Shown here piece by piece: positions 20,649-29,769 of a DNA stretch of 60,773 nt (position 1 is the stretch's first letter; each line of letters begins with the position of its first letter). The notes under the pieces are model-generated. The model was not told the DNA's origin. It ran no database searches and saw only the letters and a program-made list of their open reading frames with translations. The position numbers and the translations under genes are program-made. The stretch is from an uncultured Candidatus Saccharibacteria bacterium (GTDB lineage Bacteria > Patescibacteriota > Minisyncoccia > CAIUEV01 > JAHKAQ01), in contig CAZRBB010000006.1 in NCBI GenBank assembly GCA_964598205.1, positions 1-60,773 of the forward strand, written 5' to 3'.

Positions 20649-20678
20649 AGCTTAACATGGAGAAGCAGGCAAAGTCAA
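20649..20678 (-). promoter_or_regulatory. Putative promoter TTGACT-N18-TAAGCT with extended -10 TG
   Basis: -35 at 20673-78, -10 at 20649-54, upstream of the NYN leader hairpin. Confidence 0.5.
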
Positions 20679-20685
20679 TCATGGA

Positions 20686-21741
20686 TCAAATAAAGTAATT
20701 GTTCACGGCAAAACTAAATTGGTCGGTAAATAATTCCCTAAAAGATAAGGCGCTGTTTTGTTCATAAAACAAAAGAATTGCTTTTTTATAGTCGCCTTCG
20801 TTCACGCTACGGTAAGACAATGGACAAAAATTATGCGCCAATAGAATAGCGTTTCCCATAATTCGGGCAGTTCTTTTGTTGCCATCGTAAAAGGGCTGAA
20901 TATAGGAAAGTGCCAGCACCGTAACCAAAGCTTTGGCCAGTGGAAAATCGATTTTTTGAATTGCAATGATTGTTTTTTCTAACGCTTCTTTAATTTGAAA
21001 CTGATTATCTAATGGCCGATAAATTGTTCCGGTAATTCCTACTAATCCCGAACGAATCCCCGTTGCAATACCTAGGTCGCCAACAATCAACTGGTGAATG
21101 TTTTCTAAATTCTTCAAGCTTAAATTGTTGAATTTCTCTTTATTTTGATTAATATAATCCAATGCTTTTTTATGATTTAAAAGCATAACCGCTTCTTCCT
21201 TTTTGTGACCAGATGCCTCTTTTTTTTCTTTAAAAAGAATTTCAGTGTCAATCAATGAATAGGTATTCCCCTCTATTTGCGAAGACTTCCAACTAAGTTC
21301 AGTTGTTAACCTTTCTAACTCTTTTTTTTGGACTGATTCGGGTATTTTTTTAAATCGTTCCCGATAATCATTATTTTCTTCTTCTAACTTTTTAATTTCT
21401 TTAGCGGAAAATAAATCTAGGAAACTATTAAACACTTCAAAGTTAAATCGAGGATAAGCTACTGTTCGCTCGTCTGGTCCTTTTTTAAAATATTCTTCCC
21501 CGTTAAAATATGTTAAAAGCTTGTTTTTAACCACATCCCAATAAATAACGCTCCGACCTTCACCTTCTTTTCTAACCAGTTTTTTCCTAAGCAATAGATC
21601 GAGGTCGCGAATCACCGTTACCCGGGAAACTTCTTCTAGGGATAATTCTTTTAATTGGCGATTGATTTCTTTAGTGCCGATACCGCTATTTTTTCTGACT
21701 AAGTTATAAACTGCTAATTGCCGTTTGTTTAAATTAATCAT
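20686..21741 (-). CDS. Fic-domain protein with N-terminal wHTH; variant motif QPFYDGNKRTAR
   Basis: SSQIEGN inhibitory motif; IQPFYDGNKRTAR; HTH region VSRVTVIRDLDLL..EGEGRSVIY. Confidence 0.9.
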   Translation of the reverse strand: MINLNKRQLAVYNLVRKNSGIGTKEINRQLKELSLEEVSRVTVIRDLDLLLRKKLVRKEGEGRSVIYWDVVKNKLLTYFNGEEYFKKGPDERTVAYPRFNFEVFNSFLDLFSAKEIKKLEEENNDYRERFKKIPESVQKKELERLTTELSWKSSQIEGNTYSLIDTEILFKEKKEASGHKKEEAVMLLNHKKALDYINQNKEKFNNLSLKNLENIHQLIVGDLGIATGIRSGLVGITGTIYRPLDNQFQIKEALEKTIIAIQKIDFPLAKALVTVLALSYIQPFYDGNKRTARIMGNAILLAHNFCPLSYRSVNEGDYKKAILLFYEQNSALSFRELFTDQFSFAVNNYFI

Positions 21742-21754
21742 AACTTTTTTAAGT

Positions 21755-21791
21755 TAATTGTATCATTTTTATACGCTAATTGTATCATTTT
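21755..21791. promoter_or_regulatory. 15-bp direct repeat TAATTGTATCATTTT x2, 22-bp period, upstream of fic (candidate operator)
   Basis: Copies at 21755-69 and 21777-91. Confidence 0.6.
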
Positions 21792-21856
21792 GCAACAATT
21801 AAGACAACAAGAGAAATTGTTTTGAAAAGTGAGGTTAGAATAATAGAAAAAATTTA

Positions 21857-23104
21857 TTACTGAGGACTTTTGGTAGATAAATTTTTAAAAGATTCCTTAC
21901 TTTGGTTAAAGGTGTTGTTTATTATTTGCTCTATTTCGCTATATCTTAGGGAATATTGATTTTCTACTTCCTTTTGGCATTGCTTACTGATTTTATCGCT
22001 TTTATAAATGTCTAGCATCATTGCCGTCTCTTCTCTTTTTAGGAGAGCTGAACATTCATTGTATTCCCAAATAACCCGACTAATGTCGTGTAATTGATCG
22101 GTAACACTTTTAATCTTAAAGTCCACTACATTGAGCATGTTTTCGTGTTTTTGAAAAACTGCTTCTAATTCTTGAGCGTTTTTGGCCGAAAAATAATCAC
22201 CACCGCCTTCTTTGGCAATATTTTTTAACTGCTCGGAGTCCGCCCCTGGAACATCGAATCCAATCACATTGGCAGTAACTTTTAATCCAGAAACTTTTAA
22301 TGTCTTCATGGTCTCTACCGGATTGCCGTCGCAAGTTTCAATGCCGTCGCTGATTAGGAGTATAAAATTTTCATTTTCTTCTCCTTGGTAAGGAGCCAGC
22401 ATTTTACTGGCCGCTTCTAGCGATTTTGCAATGGGAGTCCATCCGGTGGGATTAAAACTAGCAACTTTCTTTTTGACCACTTCTTGATTTACCCCACCCA
22501 TTGTATAGATATCTTCTATTCCGGCACAGGAAGCATTTTTTTGAGCCGCTGAATTGCCGCCCTTATGACCATAAACAATAATGCCTAAATTAAGAGAGTC
22601 GGAAGCAACTTTGCCAATAAAATTATTAAACGCTTCTTTGGCAATATCAATCTTTTTTTTACCATCGACTAATCCAGCCATACTACCCGATGAATCAAAA
22701 ATAACCACTAGATTGTTGCTTTTTTTCTTGGTGCTAGATGGATCTAATTGGGAAGTTCTGAGCTTTACGCCGGCACAGGAACTAAAATCAGCCCCATTGC
22801 AGCTGAGTAAATCTTGATATTCTTGGCTACACGGAGAAGTGTTTTTGGTTGCTGGTGCTTGGTCGTCGCCATTTTTCCCAAGGGAGCTTAAGCCAGGACC
22901 TTTTGTTTCTCTGCTATTAAGGAAAGCCCAAGCACCTCCTAAGGTTAGAATTAAAACAAAAACAATCGCCAAAAAAATAAAAACCAAGCGTTTCTTTTTT
23001 CCTTCTGGCGCTTCTATTGGTTCTGCTCTTAATATTTCCGTTGGTTTTGTTATTGGTGTTTCTGGGGGAACCACTGTTGTTTTTTCTTCGCGATTAATCT
23101 CCAT
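21857..23104 (-). CDS. Membrane-anchored vWA domain protein
   Basis: N-terminal TM helix; MIDAS DSSGS, TGWTPIA, LISDGIETCDGNP. Confidence 0.88.
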   Translation of the reverse strand: MEINREEKTTVVPPETPITKPTEILRAEPIEAPEGKKKRLVFIFLAIVFVLILTLGGAWAFLNSRETKGPGLSSLGKNGDDQAPATKNTSPCSQEYQDLLSCNGADFSSCAGVKLRTSQLDPSSTKKKSNNLVVIFDSSGSMAGLVDGKKKIDIAKEAFNNFIGKVASDSLNLGIIVYGHKGGNSAAQKNASCAGIEDIYTMGGVNQEVVKKKVASFNPTGWTPIAKSLEAASKMLAPYQGEENENFILLISDGIETCDGNPVETMKTLKVSGLKVTANVIGFDVPGADSEQLKNIAKEGGGDYFSAKNAQELEAVFQKHENMLNVVDFKIKSVTDQLHDISRVIWEYNECSALLKREETAMMLDIYKSDKISKQCQKEVENQYSLRYSEIEQIINNTFNQSKESFKNLSTKSPQ

Positions 23105-23135
23105 TTAAAAAAATGAAATTGATTAGGGAATAGGA

Positions 23136-23798
23136 TTATTGGTTGGGTTCGGTGGGAAAAGATCCTTTCCATTGTTCTCCCGATGGATCTTGATAATTCT
23201 CTTGTTGGCCATTGTTATCGCTTTTCCATTCAGTGCCATTTTCTTTGTAGTTTAAAGTTTGGCCATTGTTATCGCTTTTCCAAGCGTCTCCATTGGCTCC
23301 AGTAAAGCTAATAACCTGTCCCCCATTTTCTTTGTTCCATTTATTGCCAAGATTGTCTTTATAGTCCAACCCTTGTCCGTAATTCCCGCTTTTCCACTCG
23401 GTTCCATCTTGACCAATATAAGACAGAACTTGTCCACCGTTGGTATTTTTCCAAGTATAATCGGCGCGTTTTATTTCTCCGTCGGATCCATTTTTGTCTA
23501 ATATCCATTCATCTCCACTCTTCCCTTTAAATTCCAAGGTAAACAAACTGTCTTTCCAGCAACCTTTTTCGTTGCAGTATTCCCTGTCTTCAACTCCACT
23601 AGGGGCACAGACATCCCTTTTACTGTTCCATTCTTTTAGGAAGATATCCCAATCTGCGATGGCTTTTTCCCAATCGTTTGATTCAGCAATATTCCGCTCT
23701 TCTTCCCAGCCAGTGACAGCGGGTTCTTCTGCTAGGGCAAAAAAAGATCCTCCAAAAAGAAAGACCACCGAAAAAAACAAGATGCTTTTTATTTTCAT
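23136..23798 (-). CDS. Secreted hypothetical protein with ~19-aa W-K-S-D-N-N-G-Q repeats
   Basis: Likely start MKIKSILFF at 23798; signal peptide ending ALA; about six Trp-anchored repeats. Confidence 0.65.
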   Translation of the reverse strand: MKIKSILFFSVVFLFGGSFFALAEEPAVTGWEEERNIAESNDWEKAIADWDIFLKEWNSKRDVCAPSGVEDREYCNEKGCWKDSLFTLEFKGKSGDEWILDKNGSDGEIKRADYTWKNTNGGQVLSYIGQDGTEWKSGNYGQGLDYKDNLGNKWNKENGGQVISFTGANGDAWKSDNNGQTLNYKENGTEWKSDNNGQQENYQDPSGEQWKGSFPTEPNQ

Positions 23799-23852
23799 TT
23801 TTATTATTAAGTCACGATTACAAACTGATAATAACATTTATTGCGGGCGATA

Positions 23853-24659
23853 TCAAATATCTTCAGCAATACTCCCCTCCACCTTTTTAAAATACAAAAG
23901 ACTAACTGCAAAAAGCCCTGCCACCATTAAAATAAGGACCAAGTGATTTTGAAAGCTGGGATAACGACCTTCTATTAAAACCGTTTTAGAATAATGAATT
24001 AAGATTCCCATAGGGTTGGCTAGGATTATTTTGTGGTATTGAGCGGGGAAAATAGATAACGGATAAACAATTGGCGAAGCAAAGAATAAGGCCTGCAACA
24101 TTACTTCCCAAATTTGCCCCAAATCGCGAAATTTTAAATACAACGGTGCCGCAATAAAAGAAAAAGAAACAATCAAAATATAAATAAAAAAAACATATAA
24201 ACAAGCCAGGGCCAGCTGAGGGAGGGAGGGAAAAACCTGGTAGAAAATAAAGAAGGCAATTAAAACCAAGAGATTGGTTAGGAAAACCAAGGCTGTGTTT
24301 AGAGTAGCAGCAATTACAATTACCCAGCGAGGAAAATAAATTTTGGTAATAATTCCCGCTTTGGCCAAAAAGGAATTCAAGCCGGCGGTGGTACCTTCGG
24401 CAAAAAAATTCCAAAGAATAATTCCAGTGATTAATTGTAAGGAGTAATGCTGAATGTTGGCGCCTTTGCCAATTACATGAGAAAAAACAAAGTTCATAAT
24501 TAGGAACATTAAAAGCGGTTTTAGGATCGCCCAAATGTAACCCAAGAAAGAACCATGATAACGCATTTTAAAATCGGTCTTGGCCAGGACCCAAATTAAT
24601 TCTGTATAACTTTCTTTAGTTTTCTTTTTTGGTTTTTTTATTTTTTTTGTTTTACGCAT
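23853..24659 (-). CDS. wzm: Polysaccharide ABC exporter permease (Wzm/RfbA-like)
   Basis: DFKMRYHGSFLGYIWAILKPL, FRDLGQIWEV, SPIVYP, NPMG. Confidence 0.92.
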   Translation of the reverse strand: MRKTKKIKKPKKKTKESYTELIWVLAKTDFKMRYHGSFLGYIWAILKPLLMFLIMNFVFSHVIGKGANIQHYSLQLITGIILWNFFAEGTTAGLNSFLAKAGIITKIYFPRWVIVIAATLNTALVFLTNLLVLIAFFIFYQVFPSLPQLALACLYVFFIYILIVSFSFIAAPLYLKFRDLGQIWEVMLQALFFASPIVYPLSIFPAQYHKIILANPMGILIHYSKTVLIEGRYPSFQNHLVLILMVAGLFAVSLLYFKKVEGSIAEDI

Positions 24660-24707
24660 AGGTTGGGGAAAGTTAAGATAAATCGGTTTTAAATTTTAAT
24701 CTATTTT

Positions 24708-25667
24708 TTAGATCTTTATTTTGGCGCCGGTTGATTGATACCATTCGGCAAATCGTTTAATCCCCTCTGGGAATTCCACTTGTGGTTCCCAGCCTAAATG
24801 CCTCGCCAAGCCAATGTTCGCCGAAGTTCTTTCGGAATCGGTGACTGGAAGCTTGGCAAAAGAAACCACCGCTTTTTTCCCTAAATAAAGTTCCAATAAT
24901 GCCACCATTTCTTTTACGGCGGTTGGTTTTTCACCACCTAAGTTAACCACCGGCAAGGAAGCTTTGGCGTCTAATATTTTAATGGTGCCAGAAACGGCGT
25001 CGTCTATATAAGTAAAATCGCGACTCACTTTACCACGCGAATAAACGGCGATTGGCGAACCGGTTGTGATTTTATCCGCGAATTGGTAGTAGGCCATGTC
25101 TGGTCGACCCCAGGGACCGTAAACAGTGAAGTAGCGAATACCAGTAGCCTTTAAATTGTGGACTCGACGATACACGCCGGCCAAAAGCTCGGTAGCTTTT
25201 TTGGTGGCGGCGTAAATGGAAAGTGGCTGATCCGTTTCTTGTTTTTCTCGGAAAGAGCGTTCCCGACTCCCGCCATAAACAGAAGAAGAAGAGGCATAAA
25301 CTAACTTTTCTACGCCGTTTTTTTTGGCTAGTTCCAAAACATTCAGCGTTCCTTCAATGTTTACTTTTTGGTATAGGGAGGGATTTAAAAGCGAAGCACG
25401 AACACCGGCCATGGCTGCCAAATGAATCACTGTCGTTGGTTTTTCTTTTAGAAAAACTTTTTCCAAATCGGAAAAATCGCAAATATCGGTTTTGTAGAGT
25501 TGGTATTTTTTACCTTTAAGCAAAGAGTCCAGTCGAGCCGTTTTGAGGTTTGGTGAATAGTAGTTGTTAAAGTTATCCACAATCGCCACTTGGTCACCCC
25601 GGGCCAAAAGTTCTTTGGCCACATGGGCACCAATAAAACCGGCACCACCTGTTAGTAGAATCTTCAT
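24708..25667 (-). CDS. UDP-glucuronate 4-epimerase-like NAD-dependent epimerase
   Basis: TGGAGFIG, HLAAMAGVR, YAATKKA, RYFTVYGPWGRPDMAY. Confidence 0.9.
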   Translation of the reverse strand: MKILLTGGAGFIGAHVAKELLARGDQVAIVDNFNNYYSPNLKTARLDSLLKGKKYQLYKTDICDFSDLEKVFLKEKPTTVIHLAAMAGVRASLLNPSLYQKVNIEGTLNVLELAKKNGVEKLVYASSSSVYGGSRERSFREKQETDQPLSIYAATKKATELLAGVYRRVHNLKATGIRYFTVYGPWGRPDMAYYQFADKITTGSPIAVYSRGKVSRDFTYIDDAVSGTIKILDAKASLPVVNLGGEKPTAVKEMVALLELYLGKKAVVSFAKLPVTDSERTSANIGLARHLGWEPQVEFPEGIKRFAEWYQSTGAKIKI

Positions 25668-25677
25668 AAGAATCTTT

Positions 25678-27024
25678 TTAGTTGTTCACTTCTCTTCCTA
25701 GGCCTACATAATTAAAGCCGGCCTGCTTTACTGTTTCTGAATTAAAGAAATTGCGAAGGTCTAAAACTATTCTACCTTTTTTTCCGGCACTCAGCTTTTC
25801 CCAATTTAATTCGGCGTATTCTGGCCAATCGGTTAAGAGCACTAAGACATCGGCTTCTTTAGCTGCCGCGTAGATTTCTAGGGAATCTGTTAAATATTCC
25901 ACTTCTTCTGGCAGAATTTTTTTAGCTTCCTTGGTTCCTTGGGGATCGTGAGCTAAAACACGGGCGCCTTTTTCTGTTAGGGCGGGAATAATAGTTATAG
26001 CCGAAGCGTCGCGCATGTCGTCGGTATTGGCTTTAAAAGTTAGTCCTAAAAATAAAATTGTTTTTCCAGAAATATCATAACCTAGCGCGCGTTTAATCTT
26101 TTTTACCATCCGCGCTTTTTGAGCAATATTGACTTCGGAAACCGCTTCTAAGATTCGTAACGGAGTTTCGTTTTCTTGAGCCACCCGCAAAAGCGCCGTA
26201 ACATCTTTAGGAAAGCAAGAGCCACCGTAACCAGGACCGGTTTTTAAAAACGCCGAACCAATTCTTTTGTCCATTCCCATACCACGCGCCAAGTCTAAGA
26301 CATCGGCATCTAGTCTTTCACAAAGATTGGCCATTTCGTTAATAAAGCTGATCTTGGTGGCCAAAAAAGCATTAGAGGCATATTTAATTAGTTCCGCTGT
26401 TTTGATTCCAGTTACCAGAAGAAAAGCGCCGTCTTCTTCTAGCGGTCGGTAAATTTGCCGCAAAACCTTTTCGGCTTTTTGGGAATCTACTCCTAAAACC
26501 ACGCGATCGGGATGTAAAAAATCGTCTATCGCTTCTCCTTCCCGCAAAAATTCAGGATTAGAAGCCACGCTAAAATTAGCTTGGGGATTATTTTCTTTGA
26601 TTATTCTTTTTACTTCGTTGGCTGTACCCACTGGCACAGTTGATTTATCTACCACAACTTTATAACTGGTAAGCAGTGGCGCCAATTCTCTGGCTACTTG
26701 GTAAACAAAAGACAAGTCAGCATAACCATCACCACGACGACTAGACGGCGTTCCCACGGCAATAAAAACCGCTTGGGAATCCTTAACCGCTTCTGTTAAG
26801 TCACTAGAAAAAGAAAGTCGCCCTAATCCACTGTTTTTAAAAACCAACTCGCCAAGTCCTGGTTCAAAAATTGGGATTTCGCCTTTTTTTAAGCGGTCAA
26901 TTTTTTCTTGATCTTTATCCACACAAACCACTTGATGGCCTTTTTCTGCCAAACAGGCACCTGTTACCAAGCCGACATAGCCGGAACCAATAACACATAT
27001 TTTTTTAACTGTTTCTTTTAACAT
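25678..27024 (-). CDS. ugd: UDP-glucose 6-dehydrogenase
   Basis: VIGSGYVGL, KSTVPVGT, SNPEFLREG, GYGGSCFPKD, FKANTDDMRD. Confidence 0.96.
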   Translation of the reverse strand: MLKETVKKICVIGSGYVGLVTGACLAEKGHQVVCVDKDQEKIDRLKKGEIPIFEPGLGELVFKNSGLGRLSFSSDLTEAVKDSQAVFIAVGTPSSRRGDGYADLSFVYQVARELAPLLTSYKVVVDKSTVPVGTANEVKRIIKENNPQANFSVASNPEFLREGEAIDDFLHPDRVVLGVDSQKAEKVLRQIYRPLEEDGAFLLVTGIKTAELIKYASNAFLATKISFINEMANLCERLDADVLDLARGMGMDKRIGSAFLKTGPGYGGSCFPKDVTALLRVAQENETPLRILEAVSEVNIAQKARMVKKIKRALGYDISGKTILFLGLTFKANTDDMRDASAITIIPALTEKGARVLAHDPQGTKEAKKILPEEVEYLTDSLEIYAAAKEADVLVLLTDWPEYAELNWEKLSAGKKGRIVLDLRNFFNSETVKQAGFNYVGLGREVNN

Positions 27025-27067
27025 AGCGGTTTGAATGATTATTTTTTGAAAGTTCCGATCATGTTTT

Positions 27068-27248
27068 TATTTTCCCAGAACCAATGTTCTTTGAGGAGGC
27101 TCCTTGTTCCCGCTTAGAGAGACCAGAGGAGTATTCACTCAGTAGACAAGGCTCTTAGTCTACTGAGTGAATACTCCTCTGGTCTCTCTAGAGCCTTAAG
27201 GTCGAGGCCGAGCGTACTGGGAGAAGAACATTGGTTTGAGGGAAAATA
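27068..27248. repeat. Structured intergenic element, copy A (closing stem, conserved scaffold, 33-bp perfect hairpin)
   Basis: CCAATGTTCT 27081-90 / AGAACATTGG 27225-34; hairpin arms 27115-47 and 27158-90; scaffold shared with 33769-33995. Confidence 0.9.
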
Positions 27249-27263
27249 GAAAAATTATTCTGT

Positions 27264-28328
27264 CTATCCAAAAATCATCTTTTTAAAGTCAGCCCGGTAT
27301 TTTTTAAAAAAACCATTAAATTCTTGATTAGAAATTTTCCGGTTTTTTTGGATTTGCCACCGTTTTTTTAACATTCGGGGAAGGTGCTTTAAAACACTAC
27401 CCCAGGCGGAAACTGCTATCCAAGCCGTTTTAGGACCGCCACTTTTTTTAGATAACTCAAAAGATGGTCCTTTGCCTAAAAGAACACTAACTAAAAGCAT
27501 TATATAACGGAAAGGAAGAATCAAAAAACCTAAAAATAAAAATGGCAGGGGGAAATCTTTTAAAAGTACAAAAATTTGATTGCGGTAAACATGGAAACTT
27601 TTAAAAGGAGAGAATGATTTACCCGTGGCTGAATGGGCGTGATAGCCAACTGCTTGGGGCACATAAAATGCAGAAAAACCTAAAAGCCGACTCCGGTAAT
27701 TAAGATCCAAGTCTTCGTAGTAAGCAAAAAAGTCTTCGTCAAAATAACAATCGTCGCCTTCTTTGTTTTGGTAAGCGGTTTTTTGAAGCATCTCTCTTTT
27801 ATATAAAACCGCCGCTCCACAGGCACCAAATATTTCTACGGTTTTATTGTACTGACCTTGATCTTCTTCCTTGAATCCTTTTTCCATTCCGCTCCCGTCC
27901 CTGCCAATCAAGGTTCCCACGGTATTAATAATTTGCGAATCGCTTTGAAATAAAAGCTTAGCTCCCAACAATCCCCAGTGGATATTTTTTTGGCTGTAGT
28001 TTGCTGCGGCTTGAGTAAGAGCACTGAAATATCCCGGAGCTAAAACAATGTCGTTATTCAAGGAGCAAACATACTTTACGCTTTTTTCTTTTAAGGCAAC
28101 TCTGATTCCCACATTCATACCACCAGCAAAGCCTAAGTTTTTAGGCAGAGAAATTACTTGTGTTTGGGGAAAAAATCGTTTAATCATCTTTGCCGAACCG
28201 TCGGTAGAACCGTTATCTACCACAATTACTTTTAGGTTAGGAAAGTTTTGGGAATAAACAGAAACCAAGCAGGCTTTAAGCCGCTTTTTGCCATTGTAAT
28301 TAGGAATCACTAAAGCTAGTTCAAACAT
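27264..28328 (-). CDS. GT2 glycosyltransferase (WbbL-like)
   Basis: VDNGSTDGS, NLGFAGGMN, LNND, CGAAVLYK, FFAYYEDLDL. Confidence 0.92.
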   Translation of the reverse strand: MFELALVIPNYNGKKRLKACLVSVYSQNFPNLKVIVVDNGSTDGSAKMIKRFFPQTQVISLPKNLGFAGGMNVGIRVALKEKSVKYVCSLNNDIVLAPGYFSALTQAAANYSQKNIHWGLLGAKLLFQSDSQIINTVGTLIGRDGSGMEKGFKEEDQGQYNKTVEIFGACGAAVLYKREMLQKTAYQNKEGDDCYFDEDFFAYYEDLDLNYRSRLLGFSAFYVPQAVGYHAHSATGKSFSPFKSFHVYRNQIFVLLKDFPLPFLFLGFLILPFRYIMLLVSVLLGKGPSFELSKKSGGPKTAWIAVSAWGSVLKHLPRMLKKRWQIQKNRKISNQEFNGFFKKYRADFKKMIFG

Positions 28329-28394
28329 AGATCTTTAATAGTTAGAATATTTCCGCCAAACTGAAATTTTACATAGCTCCTGGGGAGATTCGTT

Positions 28395-28541
28395 TTTTCT
28401 GTAAGGGTTTTCTTTGGAGAGGCTTTTAGATCCGAGCGGGCCGGTTTTTCTCGAAGAGAAAAGAGCGAGGATCTAAACTTGAGCAAGCGGTCCCGCTGGG
28501 CGGAGTGCTGCGTGCTCTCAAAAGGAAACCCTGACAGAAAA
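28395..28541. repeat. Structured intergenic element C (27-bp closing stem, 24/27 match; nested hairpins)
   Basis: TTTTCTGTAAGGGTTTTCTTTGGAGAG vs CTCTCAAAAGGAAACCCTGACAGAAAA; inner TTTAGATCC/GGATCTAAA and TTTTCTC/GAGAAAA. Confidence 0.8.
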
Positions 28542-28559
28542 GGTAAGCACAACTCTAGC

Positions 28560-28635
28560 TAGACTGGCTATCAAAGACTTGCGTAGGCAGACTCAGAGCC
28601 TTGTCTGCCCAAGCAAGTCTTTGATAGCCAGTCTA
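28560..28635. repeat. Long hairpin D (23-bp perfect arm plus 7-bp tip stem, loop TCAGAGCCTT)
   Basis: Arms 28560-82 / 28613-35; tip is the reverse complement of AGAC-AAGGCTCTGA-GTCT. Confidence 0.9.
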
Positions 28636-28644
28636 ATAGATCAA

Positions 28645-29769
28645 TCACACCATTAGTTCCAAATACCGTTTGGCAATGTTTGCTATGTAAAAACGGCGAA
28701 CGGCTTCTTGATTATTGCTGCCGAACTCCTTTAACTTTTCCCTGTTTTTATAGAAAAAGTCAAAGGCTGAGAGAAAAGAATCCAAATTACTTGGAGAAAA
28801 AAAGCAGGCATTGCGATCTTTTTTTAAGAAATAGGTTTGACCGCCCCGATTAGTAGAAATAATGGGCAATCCAGCCGCCATAGCTTCTAAAAAAACTATG
28901 CCAAAACCTTCGTGCCAAGAAGCCATGGTAAAAAGATCGGCCTTTTTTAAGGCAGTGTATTTTTCTTCTTCGGTTACTCGGCCCAAAAAAGAAACGGAAG
29001 CGCCCATGTTCTTGGCTTTTTCTTTTAGTTCTTTTCTTAGCGGTCCTTCTCCTACCACTACCAGTTCTGCTTTTTCTTTGAGCTTGGAAATAGCTTCTAT
29101 TAAAAATAGAATATTTTTTCTTTCCACTAAGCGACCAACAGTAATTAGCCGTAGCGGTTCGGATGAGTCTTGGTTGGGGACCGAAACAGAAATTTTAAAA
29201 GGGGGCTTGAATCCCAAGGGAATAATCGTGACTTTCTTTTTGGTAGAATAAAATTTTTCTAATTGCGAACGAATTTCTTTGGTAGAAGCAATTACCCAAT
29301 CTGCTTTGTTAACCGCCAATTCTATTATCTTTCTAGTAATCCAAAGCCGGTGACCAGACATTTTCCTGGTAGGGTCGTAAATATCGGCACCATGTAATAC
29401 CAAAATATTTTTTTTACTAAAAATAAGCTGAAGTAAAAAACCGATTGGTCCGGCTGGTAATGCAAAGTGAGTTACTAAATAGTCGGGCTGGGTTTTTTGG
29501 CAAGATTTAATTCCCGCCACTAGTCCCTTTGCTAAAAACAAAAATAAATTGCCAATACTCGCCAGGGAGCGATCGTTTCTTTGGCCACAAAAAACGCGAT
29601 GCACCAAAACTCCTCTTTCTTTTTTCTTTAGGTGTTTTGGGTCAGTCCCAGAAGTAATCACCTCTACCGAATGCCCTTCTTTGGCCCATTCTTCTGCTAA
29701 GTCGCGAGCAAACACGGCTCCGCCACCACCCAATGGCGGATACTCGTGGTTTAAAACTAGAATTTTCAT
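28645..29769 (-). CDS. GT4 glycosyltransferase
   Basis: NHEYPPLGGGG, GRLVERKN, EGFGIVFLEAMAAGLP. Confidence 0.93.
   Translation of the reverse strand: MKILVLNHEYPPLGGGGAVFARDLAEEWAKEGHSVEVITSGTDPKHLKKKERGVLVHRVFCGQRNDRSLASIGNLFLFLAKGLVAGIKSCQKTQPDYLVTHFALPAGPIGFLLQLIFSKKNILVLHGADIYDPTRKMSGHRLWITRKIIELAVNKADWVIASTKEIRSQLEKFYSTKKKVTIIPLGFKPPFKISVSVPNQDSSEPLRLITVGRLVERKNILFLIEAISKLKEKAELVVVGEGPLRKELKEKAKNMGASVSFLGRVTEEEKYTALKKADLFTMASWHEGFGIVFLEAMAAGLPIISTNRGGQTYFLKKDRNACFFSPSNLDSFLSAFDFFYKNREKLKEFGSNNQEAVRRFYIANIAKRYLELMV

Noticed and set aside
18125-21741. Prophage or IS element call for the Bro-N/TA patch
   Set aside because: No integrase, transposase, structural genes or terminal repeats are visible
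27091-27224. HDV-like ribozyme reading of element A (GAGGCTC/GAGCCTT with a G-U first pair; TCCCG/TGGGA)
   Set aside because: A 33-bp hairpin sits where P3/L3 should be, there is no P1.1 GG after P1, and copy B weakens P1; kept only as a generic structured element
28316-28552. 78-aa ORF
   Set aside because: It lies across structured repeat C, overlaps the GT2 start, and has no motif
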